Source of the DNA: the human T2T-CHM13v2.0 reference genome, Homo sapiens
Strand: one strand, 5' to 3'
DNA length: 64,000 nucleotides
Assembly: GCF_009914755.1 (NCBI RefSeq)
Contig: NC_060937.1
Of this stretch, positions 15,164-29,400 are shown piece by piece; the stretch's first letter is position 1, and the number at the start of each line of letters is the position of its first letter. The notes beneath the pieces were generated by a model. That model searched no databases. It had not been told where the DNA came from and saw only the letters and a program-made list of their open reading frames with translations. Made by a program: the position numbers and the translations under genes.

Positions 15164-16281
15164 CTATCTTTGCAGAGTTTTGGAATGAAAGAAGGAGGGA
15201 GTTGTGTACTAATGACGCCGTGGTTGTGTCGTTGCTCCATTATAGTGAGGGAGCTGAAAGGGCCCATTCTCTTCACAGCCTGGAGTCGGGGACTCTGAAA
15301 CCTAATCTGAAGTGTGTTTAACGAGGGTTCTGAACGCTGGGACTTATTGCTGAGGGGAACAAGGAGACAGTGTGTCCTCAGGGGCAGTGTGGCCGCCCCT
15401 AGAGCCACAGCAAGCAGGAAGAATCGCAGCATTTGTGGTCAGAACCGATGGGCAGGCCTAAACATTTAGCTACTTTGCCCCAGAATGAAAGCCTTGTTCC
15501 AGCTCCCCAGGGTTTGGATTTAAAGTTTTAGTTCCTGTCGGTGGTCGCAGTTTCCTGACGAGGGTGCCATCCAGTCTGCTGTTCAGCTTTTGAGTCATTT
15601 AATTTTTCTTCTTCCAACTTCTCCTCCTCCACCTTCTCCTCCTCCACATCATCATCATCATCCCAAATACCCATTAGAGCTCGCCTAGTCTGGATGCCGT
15701 TCTAAGGGCATGGTGTATACTAAGTCGCTTAATCCTTACGGTGACCCAGTGAAGTGGTTCAATCTTTACGTCCATTTTATGTAAGAGAAACTGAGGCACA
15801 AGAAGTAGCTTGCCTCCAGTGAGTGTGACTTTGGGCACTCCGTTGTCCTCCAGCCTGGAAAGTCCCAGTAGATACAGCACAGCTGAGGTGCAGGTGTGCA
15901 GGTATATCAATCCCTTCTGCCCACAGGGTAAAGCCCTAGAGCATTGCATCTGGTCTCAAGTGTCCAGGGCTCAAGTGTCCAGCTTTACACAGATGTTACT
16001 GCTGATGTCTGGAAAGTGAAAAAGGTAGTAACACCCTGTTCTGGCTTCTAATATACTTTTGATACACACAGGCAGAAGGGCAGTGTCAACTCATCCCCTG
16101 TAATTCATTCTGTAAATTTCCCTTCACCATCACGGTGGCAGCAATAATAAAGAATGTGTATCATGTGCCAGGCCTTTTGCTAGGTACTTTATGGTCATGG
16201 TTTCATTGAATTCTCACATTAGTCTTAAAAGGGAGATAATAATAGCATAAAATAGCATCTCTAGCCCTTTCATGACTCATG

Positions 16282-16655
16282 TGCTGTGGACTAAATTGTA
16301 CTCCCCACCCTAATTAATTTATTGATGCCCTACCCACCATGTGGCTGTATTTGGAGTAAGGAAGTACACTAATTAAGGTAAAATGAGGTCATGAAGATGG
16401 AGCTCTGATCTGATAGAACTAGTGACCTTAGGAGAAGAGACACCAGAGGGCTCTCGCTTGCTGTCACTCAGCCATGTGAGGACACAAGGAGAAGGTGGCC
16501 ATCTGCAAGCCAGGCAGGGAGCCCTCAGAGAACCAGATCAGCTCGTACCTTGAGTGTAGACTTCACACCCTCCAGAACTGTGAAAACATCAATTTCTATT
16601 GTTTAAGCCACCCAGTGCGTAGTGTTTGGTTATGTCCACCTGAGCATACTAAGTC
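16282..16655 (+). mobile_element. MaLR MLT1A-type solo LTR
   Basis: tgctgtggactaaattg start; gccatgtgaggacacaaggagaaggtggccatctgcaagcca; ctccagaactgtga...tgtttaagccacccagt. Confidence 0.85.
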
Positions 16656-16890
16656 ATCACGTTTCCATCTGTGTTTACCTAGCAAACTCCTACTCATCCT
16701 TCAGGACCCATTCAAGTGGGCTACTTCTAAAAACACATTAGGTACTCCACTCTCAAAGAACACCTCCATCAGGGAGAATAGCCATTTGCTCTATTCTCTG
16801 ACTTTCTACAGCTTTTTGCTAGTTCCTCTAACATGCCACTTACCATGTACTCCAATTTAGCTGGTTATTTTTGTACATCATCGACGGAAG

Positions 16891-17266
16891 TAGTCCATTT
16901 TCACACTGCTGTTAAAGACATACTTGAGACTGGGAAATTTATACAGGAAAGGGGCTTAATGGACCCACAGGTCCACATGGCTGGGGAGGCCTTACAATCA
17001 TGGCAGAAGGCAAGGAGGAGCAAGTCATGTCTTACATGGATGGCAGCAGGCAAAGAGAGAGCTTGTGCAGAAAAACTTTTCCTTATAAAACCATCAGATC
17101 TTGTGAGACTTACTATCACGAGAACAGCATGGGAAGTACCTGCTCCCATGATTGACTCACCTCCTACAGGGTTCCTCCCACAACACATGGGAATCTACAA
17201 TTCAAGATGAGATTGAATCTACAGTTCAAGATGAGATTTGGGTGGGGACACAGCCAAACCGTATCA
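16891..17266 (-). mobile_element. MaLR THE1 (THE1A/B-like) solo LTR
   Basis: gaggagcaagtcatgtcttacatggatggcagcaggcaaagagaga...gagatttgggtggggacacagccaaaccgtatca. Confidence 0.9.
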
Positions 17267-17903
17267 CTGACCCAAAGAGAGATGCTCATCTTCTTGCTTT
17301 CCTTTCTGTCTGCTTAGCATAGTGACTGCACACTGCAACTTGCTCGATAAATACACCGCAGCCTCCTCAAGCCATCATAGTTATTAATACCTCTGCCCAC
17401 CTGGTCAAAATCTGCCAAAGGGCTGTAGGAAAATCTGTGACATTGTGATGCCCTAAGATGAGATGGGTCGAGAGTTGGTGGGTTATAGGATTTTGAACAA
17501 TATTCTGATAGGTATCAGTGGTAGGGAGAAGGGCACAAGGCCTTCGAGACCAGCCATTCCCTTCTACTGAGTGAGAGCATGCCTTGGTTGTCATGGTTAC
17601 GCTAATCCCAAAACAGCAAAAATGAAACACTTCCCAAAACGGCTCTCTGTAACCCCAGGAGGTGCAAACCTTGTAAACCTGGTCAAACATTATCAAGTTC
17701 TGTCTATGAGATGATTTCCACAAGGCAGTACTTTAGCTCTCTCAGGTAGGGAATTAATTGATTTAGATGATTTAATGTGGTAGGGAGAGGGAGAATATAC
17801 TCCCAACCTATAGAAGGAATGGTGTCTTTATTCTTTTAGAAAAGAAAACAAAACATACTCCTGCTTAAAACTTTGTTATAGAAATAACCTGAAGACATAG
17901 AAA

Positions 17904-18250
17904 TGTTGTTTCTGTTGTTGTTTTTGTTCGTTTGTTTGTTTGTTTTGAGACAGGGAGTCTTACTCTGTCGCCCGGGCTGGAGTGCAGTTGCGTGATCTTG
18001 GCTCTCTGCAACCTCTGCGGAGAGGTTGATTGAACCCGGGAGGGTTCAAGCAATTCTCCTGCTTCATCCTCCCAAGTAGCTGGGACTACAGGCACGCGCC
18101 ACCACGCCCAGATAATTTTTTTGTATTTTTAGTAGAGATGGGGTTTTGCCGTGTTGGCCAGACTGGTCTCGAACTCCTGACCTCAGGTGATTCACCCGCC
18201 TTGGCCTCCCAAAGTGCTGGGATTACAGGTGTGAGCCACTGTGCCCGGCC
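17904..18250 (-). mobile_element. Alu (AluS) with an internal inverted insertion
   Basis: (GTT/GTTT) tail; TSD tagaaatgtt; anomalous segment at 18019-18042. Confidence 0.95.
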
Positions 18251-18763
18251 TAGAAATGTTTTAAAGTCACAATAAACTGGAGCAACTTTGAGTCATAATT
18301 TGTAATAGCTTGAAGCGCTGTGTGAACATGCATGCTATTTAGTATTCAGTGCGTACTTGCCAGGCTTTCCCCATGAATGTAAACCTCCTCCTAAGTTTAA
18401 TTTTATAGGCTCCAATGAAAAGCCAATTGAGGATGGAGAAGGCAACAGGGACACAGAGCATGGAGCCAGCCAACTGGTTGGTGCGCTAGATTAAAATTCA
18501 ACTGCCTTTTAGAGCATCATTAAAAGTAGCCATTAAAAGAAAAGGACAAAAATTTCATTACATAGTTTCACGAATTGCTGGTTTGTTATTCCAAAATAGA
18601 ACATTATAGTGACTGTTTGGCCTCTTATAAGGAGAACCCTTCAGGAATATTACGATTGAGACTGATAGTGAACGGGGTGGTTTCTTAGAGCTGATGGGAG
18701 CCTTAGAGAGATCTACCCCCAGCCCCAGCACAAACCCTTGAGGACATCATAAACATTCATTTG

Positions 18764-19057
18764 GGCCAGGTGCACTGGCTGACACCTATAATCCTAGCAC
18801 TTTGGGAGGCCGAGGCAGGATGATCACCTGAGCTCAGGAGTTTGAGACCAGCCTGGGCAACATAGCAAGACCTCGTCTCTACTAAAAATAAAAATAAAAA
18901 CATCAGCCAGATGCGGTTTTGCGCTCCTGTAGTCCCAGGTTCTTGGGAGGCTGAGGTGGGAGGATCGCTTGAGCCCAGAGATTGAGGTTGCAGTGAGCTA
19001 CAGTGGTGCCACTGCACTCCAGCCAAGGCGACAGCAATACACTGTCTCCAAAAAAAT
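18764..19057 (+). mobile_element. Alu (AluJ-like)
   Basis: ggatcgcttgagcccag, cctgggcaacatagc; TSD aaaca(t/c)tcatttg. Confidence 0.93.
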
Positions 19058-19215
19058 GTTTAAATAACAGAAATAATTACTTTTCTTGGAAAAACAACAA
19101 AACACTCATTTGTCATCAGATCCTTCTCATATTAAACCATTACTCACATATATGGGTTTTCAAATGATGCCTAGATAAGTGGGTTTTGCTTTCTTGTGTA
19201 TAGTAGTCTGTGTAG

Positions 19216-19217
<2 letters not shown>

Positions 19218-19265
<48 letters not shown>
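19218..19265. repeat. (GT)24 microsatellite
   Basis: Direct reading. Confidence 0.97.
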
Positions 19266-19268
<3 letters not shown>

Positions 19269-19789
19269 GAAATAAGTTAACCTTTAAGAAAATACTTTCA
19301 CTGATGAATTTTCCACAGGGCCTTTTTTCTTGAGTTCTGTCAGCTTAATCTGTGCTGTTTCCACCTTTTCCCCATTCAAACTTGACTTGTTTACAGGTTT
19401 GGTTTTTTAGCAATAAAAGGCTAGTGGATTTGTGGCTCTTGAATCTATCTCATCGTTGGCTTTCAGTGCAAAGCCTGCCCCAAATGCATAATTTGCCATT
19501 ATTTCCAAAGATGTTCAGTTTATTCCTTTTTTTGCCAGACATATAAAAGAGCTCTTTGGGTAAAGAAATATTAGCAATTATTTAGTGCATACACATGGAT
19601 AGTCACCCATTTTCCTCATGTGATAAGGTCCTACCTCATAATATTTTTCGAAGATCTCATGTAAAGAAAATAGATTCTTTGTTTTCTTATTTTTAAAAGT
19701 AGTGTTAACAGATTGCATTGTGAATTACCGTTTTCAGTTGTTTATAGATGTGAGCCCTGTTCCTCAACTACTTTTTCTCCCGTCTGCAT

Positions 19790-20442
19790 TTTTTAAATTG
19801 TGGTAAAACACCTGTAACAAAACTTACCGTTTTTACATGTGTAGTTCAGGGGCATTAAGTACATTCACTCAGAGGCACTAAGTACATTAAGTACATCCAC
19901 ATCGTTGTGCGATTATCACCACCATCCATCTCTAGAACTCTTCTTACCTTGCAAAACTGAAGCTCTGATCCTGTTAATCACTAACTCCCCATTTCCCCTC
20001 CCCAAAGCCCCTGGCAACCCCCATTCTACTTTCTGTCTTTATGAATTTGCCTGCTCTAGGCACCTCATTGAAGTGGAATCGTCCAATATTTGTCCTTTGA
20101 TGACTGGCTTATTTCACTTAGAACAGTGTCTGTAAGTTTCATTCATGATGTAGCATGTTCCTGGATCTCCTTTCTTTTGAAGGTTGCATCATCCTCCAGT
20201 GTGTGTAATCGTCCTCCTCATACTGTTTATCCATTCATTCAGCAGTGGACACCTGGGTTGCTTCTAGCTTTTGGCTATTGTGAATAATTCTTCTGTGAAC
20301 GTGGATTTACAAAACTCTGCTTTCAGTTATTTTCGTTGTATACTCAGAAGTGAGATCGCTGTATCCTAGGATAAGACTATTTTTGTAATTTTGAGAAACT
20401 GCTGTACTGTTTTTCCGTAGTGGCTGCACCATTTTGCATTCT
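19790..20442 (-). mobile_element. Old L1M 3' fragment
   Basis: ttaaattgtggtaaaac...gactggcttatttcactta...gtggctgcaccattttgcattc. Confidence 0.85.
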
Positions 20443-20796
20443 GGGATGTGACGTGGAGCAGAATTACCTTCAGAGTGAAGTTCAAAAACTCACTGGGAAT
20501 AAGTACAGAGAAATGATGCTGCAAGCTGATGAAATAAATTTACTATAGGAACAAAAGGAAGAATCATTTTCTTAATGAAATACAAGCTCTTTCTTTGCCT
20601 CTCTTCTCCGAGAAGCTTCCTCAGAAGCAGGCTTTAACCTGGTGTGCGTTGACACACTTAGATAGTTCAGGACCCCTTTCTAAAAGAAAGGGAGAGGAAG
20701 TCCTTGACCATGAGGGTATCTTTATGTCTTGAAGCGCTTTAGGCTTAGCTGCCCGGTACACATTGGGGTGTTAATGCACAGTCCACGTAGCACATT

Positions 20797-21180
20797 TGTA
20801 TTCGTCCATTCTCACAGTGCTATAAAGAACCACCTGAGATTGGGTAATTTATGTAGAAAGGAGGTTTACTTGACTCATAGTTCCACAGCCTCTTCAGGAA
20901 GCATGGCTGGGAGGCCTCAGGAAACTTACAGTCACGGTAGAAGGTGAAGGAGAATAAGCACGTTTTACCATGGTGGAGCAGAAGAGAGAGAGAGCCCAAA
21001 GGGGGAGGTGCCACATACTTTTAAACCATCAGATCTCATGAGAACTCCTCATTATCAGGAGAACAGCAAGGGGGAAATCTGCCCCCATGATCCAGCTACC
21101 TCCCACCAGGTCCTTCCCCCAACATTGGGAGTTACAATTCAACATGAGATTTGGGTGGGGACACAGAGCCAAACATATCA
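20797..21180 (-). mobile_element. MaLR MST (MSTA-like) solo LTR
   Basis: TG...CA ends (tgtattcgtcc...aaacatatca), 5-bp TSD acatt/ccatt. Confidence 0.9.
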
Positions 21181-21854
21181 CCATTGTAGTGCCATTTACC
21201 CATGCCATTGTCATGTAGTGGGTGCATTTCAGCCCTTAGTGATGTTACATACGGAGTTTCCTTACAACCATAGATAGAGCCAGTATTCACAGGGGAATTT
21301 GTGTAATGCTTTATGGACATCTATTTTACAGATGAATTTTAGAAGCTATAAATATACTATTGAAACTATAAGTTGACATCACCCTATAAAAATTTGGTGC
21401 CAAAGAAAAGTCATTTTCTGTAAACATTTTGTATAAAATAATTTTAACAGTTTTAAGGATCGACTTGTGATTTATTAGCTAGATCCTAAGTCTCTACTGC
21501 AAACCCATGACAATGCAGCTAGTTAATCATCATTGTTTCACTTGTCTCTGACAGGCCCTAAGGAGTGTGCAGTGCTGGGGCGGCAAGGCTGCAGGTTCTA
21601 GGACTCAACACGCCCTCATATTGTATGCACTCCATACATTCACAGAAACCGCTGCTGACTCGTTGGAGTACCCAGTGTAGATGTTAACTCTCCCTCTCCC
21701 CTCTTCTAAAGCGCTCAGTTTAACACCATGTCCATAAAGACATCCACTGTATATTAGTTTTTTTTTTTTAACTTTTTGAGATTTCTAGTATTGAATTTTT
21801 AAGTCTCATTTCCCAGACTCTGTAAATCTAGATGAAGTTATCAAATTCCCTTAG

Positions 21855-22322
<468 letters not shown>

Positions 22323-23028
22323 TATAATGTTCTTATTAATGTCTGCAGATTTTATTGGAGTGAGAGGTGGACCCCGAATAAGTTGCTGTGCATAAGTTAA
22401 CCATGCAGCTCTTGGCAGCTGGTGTGGGGACTCAAACCCAGGATTAGGGACTGGAATGGAGCAGCTCATCGCTCCCTACATTAACCGACCTGGGAAATGC
22501 TTGTCTGACCCTGTGTGTCGGAAACAGGGCACATTGCTGTAGCAAAGTGGTGAAGATAAGATTGGTGATCAGTGTTCCACTCTGCTCTCCTGACCCATTT
22601 CCTCTGGATAAGCATGCCTGGAGAAGAGGAGAGCTTGGCAGGGAAGAATGGGGGTTCCACGCAGTCACATGTGACTCCTGACATTCCTGCAGGTGATGTG
22701 ACTCTGCCACTGTCAGGCATTTAAGATCTAGAGCCTGGAGAGTTTGGGATCATCTGTGCAGAATGTGTATCTTCTGGATTGCAGTGAGGGCGAATGTGGG
22801 GGTGTAAAGCGGCATCTGTTAAAAAAAAAAAAAGTACTTAATGTTGAGCATCAAGCAGCATCTTTCTTGGCTCCTCTGTTTCATGCTGGTACAGGCTCAT
22901 GGACATGTCCATCCGTGTACTTGGCGGGCTTTGACTCCTGCTGTCACTCAGTCTCCAGGGTTACTAATTGGTTCCTAAAATGCTCTGTTCTCAGGGAAGA
23001 GGTGAGAAGTATAAAACAAGTAACTGTG

Positions 23029-23502
<474 letters not shown>

Positions 23503-24093
23503 TTATATATAATATTCCCTTTCCCTATAGATCCAGTATGTAGAAAATGCATGAATAGTATTGATTTCAGCAGACATTGATTGATTGCCAGGCGCTGTGC
23601 TAGGCAATAAGAATACAAAGATGACCAAGTGGCCTGATACTAACTGGGGACATAGACACATAGGTACTAAACCATCTATAATACAGTGGAATGGATAACT
23701 TTTATTGATTTGTTCATTCGTTTCCACAAAATTGGTTGGTCTTTAGGCATTGTGGATACAGGGATGAACAAAATATGGCCTTTCCCTTCAATGTGGGTAT
23801 AGTCTCGATGAGATACTGCACAGAGTGCTACAGGAATGTAGAGGAGGAAACCATCCATGTCATATTTGTGGACAAGGAGAGAGGCACAGGGACAGGGCTT
23901 TGACTGTTACAAAAAAGGCCTGGGGTCATGAGTTGAAAACTTAATGTCCACATAAAACCTGTCCAGAAATATTTATAACACCTGTATTCATAATTGTCAA
24001 AACTAGAAGCAACCAAAATGTCCTTCAGTAGGTGAATAAACTGTATTACATCCAGACAGTGGAATATTATTCCACAGTAAAAATAAACAAACT

Positions 24094-24715
<622 letters not shown>

Positions 24716-25438
24716 GACACAGAAGGATCTTATATGCATATTACTGAATGAAAGAAGGCAGTCTGCAAAGGCTACGTACTGTATGAGTCCTGTATGAGTC
24801 CAGCTAGATGACATTCTGGGAAAGGCAAACTATAGAGACAGTAAGATCAGTGTTCGCCAGGGATTAGGAGGGAGGGAGGGAGGAATAGCTGGAACACAGA
24901 GGAGTTTTAGGGTGAAATTCATATGAAGCAGTGAAACTATTCTGTATGATGCTGTAATGCAGACGGGTCACAACACATTTGTCATAGAACTTTACAGCAC
25001 ACGGAGTGAGCCTTGTGTGAGCTATGGAGTGTGAGTGATGATGCTGTGTCAATATTGGCTCCACAACTGTAGCAAATCTCTACCACCAAGGTTAATAACG
25101 GGACACTGTGTAGCGTGAAGAAGTTTTTGCTCAACTTTTTGTAAACCTAAAACTACTCTAAAAAAATAGTCGATTAATTGAATAAGGTGGGAGGAGTGAT
25201 GCCTGGCGTTGGAGTGGGAAGAAAATGCTAAGAGATTTGCATCCAATTTTGGGAACAGCAGGTGCTGGGATACGGAGGTGTAGATGGGGCTGGCGTTCAG
25301 GGTGTCACGGAGGTGGGCGGTGGCAAGCTCTGAAGGACCTGCAGACTTAGGAATCCAGAGGTTTCCTGCAGCGAGGAGCTGTGGTTTGTTTTCATCCGTG
25401 CCTGCCTCAGGGATAACCCCTGTTGTTTCTGCTCACAG

Positions 25439-25543
25439 CAAAGAGCTCCTGGGAAGGTGCTGCTGGATGCAGTTTGCAACCACCTCAACCTCGTGGAAGG
25501 TGACTATTTTGGCCTCGAGTTTCCTGATCACAAAAAGATCACG
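25439..25543 (+). CDS. FARP1: FARP1 internal coding exon (probably exon 3), FERM F1 lobe: QRAPGKVLLDAVCNHLNLVEGDYFGLEFPDHKKIT
   Basis: Acceptor tgtttctgctcacAG at 25437-38, donor ACG|GTaggt at 25544; 105 nt, phase 0-0. Translation has the FERM-N motif (V.NHLNL.E.DYFGL.F) and matches recalled human FARP1. Confidence 0.97.
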
Positions 25544-25614
25544 GTAGGTGATGTCAACTTAATGTTACTATTTTACTGTCTGTTCATCTTGGTGGGGGGC
25601 TGGGCAGGGGCCAG

Positions 25615-25780
25615 TCTAAATGATTGTGAGTGAGATATTTTCATGCTGTCTGTTTTGTCTGTGAAGTCTTCAAATCTGGTGTGTATTTGACACCTCAGTA
25701 CCTCTTGGTTTAGACTAGCCATGTTTCAAGTGCTCAGTCATCACATGTGGCCAAGGGCTATGTATCGGCCCTCACAGTTC
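25615..25780. mobile_element. hAT-Charlie MITE (MER3/MER33-like) fragment
   Basis: tgagatattt...aagtcttcaaatctggtgtgtattt...gactagccatgtttcaagtgctcagtcatcacatgtggc. Confidence 0.65.
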
Positions 25781-27397
25781 TATACCCAAACTAATATGTT
25801 TGAGAAGCTGTTAATGCATTTAAAAGAGAGTGTGATATGATCTGATTTCTGGTTTAGAAAGAGAACTGTAGGCAGATTGGAATAGGACCAGACTGGAGTC
25901 AAGAAAGCCATCAGGATCTAGCGATGAGTCTGGTTGGAGATGGTGCTGGCTAGAACTAAGGGAGAGTAGAGGGGCTGGCAGGAGCTGGATGGATTCCAGA
26001 GGTGGGGTTGGGGGCAGTAGGAGAGGATGTGATTGAATGAATACCCCTGTGGAGGAGAGGGCTTGGAGTGGCTCAGTTTTCCAGCTTTGCCATCTGGGTG
26101 GACAGTAGTGCCCATCCCTGGGGAAGACCATGCCCGGGGGTGAAGATGAGTCCCATTCCAGCTTGAGGAGGCAGGGGCATCCGTGGCATTCAGTGGAGAC
26201 ATCCAGCAGGCAGTGCCAGAAGGTGTATTTCCTGGAGCACGGGAAAGAGATCTGGGTGGAAATTTGGATTCAAGAATCTTGTGATTATTATGAATGTCTG
26301 TCGAAGCTCTGAAACGGGATGAGAACATTCATTGTGAAGAGAAGGTGGCCACAGGTGGGACGGCAGCATCTACGGGAAGAGCCGTCAGAGGCAGTGCAGA
26401 TCGAGCCTGGCTCTGAGCAGAGCAGGTGGTGAATGAACGGATCTGTCATGGGCCTAAAAATGAGAGCAAGTTGTGTTTTCTCAATTTATTCCCACCTCCA
26501 AACACTCTGTCGTTTTCTAGTTTGTACTTCAAATCCAAGATTCCCTGACTCCCAGCCCTTTTTACAGTGTGGCATATGACCACAGACCTGCCAAATCTCA
26601 TTCTGCCCTCTCCTATTCAGCTAACAATTATTTTGTGCCTACACTGTGTCTGGCATCAGACTTCACATGAAAGGTGAGATAAAGTGACAGCTAGCAAGAA
26701 GTAGTTACGGTTTCCATTCACTAGGCACACACAGCTTCTGAAGAGAGTCCAGGAAACAATTAGAGTGTAGCAAGTTATGCGGAATATTGTTTCATGCTCT
26801 TATTTCATGGTAAAATAATGATTCTCAAAACACCTGAAGATACCGTTATCTCATTATTTCTAACAACCCTGTTCTGTGCCTGCCTGAATTCCTTTAAGCT
26901 CCTGATGGCTTTCCTGACTCCAGTCTTGCCCAATTCCAGTCCTGCAGGAGCTGTTTGTCTAAACCAGAAATCGGCAGCAGTGTTTGGGCTTCACAGCTGA
27001 GGGCGCTAAGATTCTAAGAATTTCCCCATGTCTGAATCTACCAGTTAGCTAATGGCACAGCTAAGATTCTGTGTTCTTCTGACTCCAAGTTCAGCGTCTC
27101 TTCTGTTAACCATAGGTGCTTCTCTTTTGCTAGAATTTGTAAGCCTATTGTTCTTTCTAGGTACCGGGCAGGGCTGACTTCTTTCAAGTTGTTACCAGGC
27201 TTGACTTTTATGATTTCACTCCATTCTTACACTATTGTTTAGGAATGTATTCAACTGCAAAATAAAACCCACCGTTGATGACTTAAATAAGTAAGTGTTT
27301 GTCACATGTCACACAAAAGCCGCCCCATGAGTGCTTCCTATGTGCTGGAGTGTTCTAGTCCCTATGGGAACAGCAGCACGCATGACCCACGTTCTAC

Positions 27398-27590
27398 AGC
27401 AGGGGTCACACCTTCTTTGTAAAGGGCCAGAGAGTACTGTAGGCCTTATAGGCCATGCAGTCTCTGCTGCAACTATTTGAATCTCCCCTTATCATGCAAA
27501 AGCAGCCATAGATAATATGTGAATGAATACATGTGTTTGTTCCAGCAGAACTTCATATAACAGGAAGCCATAGTCGGCCAACGCATGCTC
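27398..27590 (+). mobile_element. MER58A-like hAT MITE
   Basis: caggggtc...tgtaaagggccaga...ggccatgcagtctctg...aaagcagccatagataatatgt. Confidence 0.75.
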
Positions 27591-27863
27591 TAGAGAGTGA
27601 TAACTGCCAGGCACCGTGCTAGGTTCACATACAGTGTTTCATTTATTCCTGCAACGGTGCATTATAGCCCCTTTTTCTGATGAGGAAGTTAAGCCTTAAA
27701 GAGGTTAAGTTGTTCACCCAAAGGCACACAGCAAAGAAATGGGATTGAAGCTCGGATCTGTAGAAGTGCCTTCCCTCAGTCATCATCTTGTTCTGACCAT
27801 ATCACTAAACTGACTTGACTCTCTGTTAATTACTGAATTCCAGCCTGAGCTAATTGCATATAA

Positions 27864-28118
27864 TTTTTTTTTTTTTTTTTTTTGAGACGGTGTCTTTCTC
27901 TGTCACCCAGGCAGGAGTGCAGTGGTGCGAGCTTGGCTGACTGCAACCTCTGCCTTCTGGGTTCAAGCAATTCTCCTGCCTCAGCCTCCTGAGTAGCTGG
28001 GATTACAGGTGCCCACCATCACGCCCGGCTAATTTTTGTATTTTTAGTAGAGATGGGGTTTCACCATGTTGGCCAGACTGGTCTCGAACTCCTGACCTCA
28101 GGTGATCCGCCCGCCTCA
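27864..28118 (-). mobile_element. Alu (AluS), 5'-truncated
   Basis: Poly(T) then reverse Alu ending at gatccgcccgcctca. Confidence 0.95.
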
Positions 28119-28138
28119 ATTTTTAAAAGTTCTTTTGA

Positions 28139-28429
28139 GGCCGGGTGTGGTGGCTCATGCCTGTAATCCCAGCACTTTGGGAGGCTCATGCAGGAGGATC
28201 ACTTAAGGTCAGGAGTTTGATACCAGCCTGGCCAACATAGTGAAACCCCATCTCTACTAAAAATACAAAAACTAGCTGGGTGTGGTGGCGCACGCCTGTA
28301 GTCCCAGTGACTCAGGAAGCTGAGGCAGGAGAATTGTCTGGACCCAGGAGGCAGAGGTTGCAGTGAGCTGAGATCGTTCCACTGCACTCCAGTTTGGGTG
28401 ACAGAGTGAGATTCCACCTCAAAAAAAAA
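28139..28429 (+). mobile_element. Alu (AluS)
   Basis: Full dimer; TSD aaaagttcttttga. Confidence 0.95.
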
Positions 28430-28929
28430 GTTCTTTTGATAGAATGGATCTGTGGTAATTGAGGGGATGCCGTAAATGACTGGAGGAGTTATAGGGATTG
28501 CTGCCAGGGTCTTGGCTGTGTTCTCTCTCTTGATCTGGATGCTGGTTCCGTGGATACAGTCAGTTTGTAAAAATCCAGTGAGTTCTGCCTTACAACATGT
28601 GACATCGATAACTTCAATAATAGTTACAGATGCAAATGCAATGAAAGTTCCAAAATGCAATGAAAGCACACAGTAGCAGAAATGATGACCAAAAGGTCAT
28701 CAGACAGAGTCTATTTTGGAAGTGCCACAGGCCAGTCTTGCTTGTATGAACTGAGGAAGAGCATCTCACCTTGTGAGAATCGTAAGCACCAGCTGGATTT
28801 TCCCCTCTGCCCCAGACACAGTTGCTTGACAATGTCTCTTAGCATGCAACCCAGTGTCTGGGATCCATTGAAGTGTTCCAAAAGCATTATTTATGGAAAC
28901 TTGTTACCATCGTCATCTTCATAGTTATT

Positions 28930-29400
28930 ATTTTTTTAATTGTGGTCAAAAACAAGTAACACATTTGTAACCATTTGTAAGTGTGTAGTTCAGAAGTGTT
29001 AACTACATGTACTTTGTCGTAGAGCAGATCTCTAGAATTTTTTTATCTTGTGAAGTGGAAACTCTACACCCACTGAAGAACTCCCCAGTTCCCCTTCCCC
29101 AGCCCCTGTTCTACTTTCTGTTACTGAGTCTATCTACTTTAGACACGTCATCAAGTAAGTGGAATCGTGTGGTCTTTGTCTTTTCGTGACTGGCTTATCT
29201 CACTCAGCATAATGTCCTCGAGGTTCATCTGTGCAGTGGCATACAACAAGATTTCCCTCCATTTTAAGGCCAAATACCATTTCCATTGTGTATATTCACC
29301 ACGTCTCCAGTATCCATTCCTCCATGGATGGACACTTACATTGCGGTCACCTCTTGGCCATTGTGAGCCATGCTGCAATGAACGTGGGTGTGCCATCACT
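28930..29400 (-). mobile_element. Old L1M 3' fragment
   Basis: gtgactggcttatctcactcagcataatgtcctcgaggttcatc...gatggacactta. Confidence 0.85.

Noticed and set aside
15375-15410. CTCF-like motifs (cctcaggggcag; gccgcccctagag)
   Set aside because: Both are one base short in the AGRKGGC core; not supportable without PWM scoring.
15605-15663. Minus strand encodes an acidic run (DDDDDVEEEKVEEEK), suggesting a processed-pseudogene fragment
   Set aside because: Simple (CCT/CAT) low-complexity tract next to a MIR, with no flanking coding homology.
16975-16992. PRDM9 hotspot motif position in the THE1 LTR
   Set aside because: The minus strand reads CCTCCCCAGCCAT, not the hot CCTCCCTAGCCAC variant.
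17730-17752. ctctctcAG|GTAGGG as a recursive splice site in the long upstream intron
   Set aside because: Short pyrimidine tract with a competing upstream AG and a weak donor; expected by chance.
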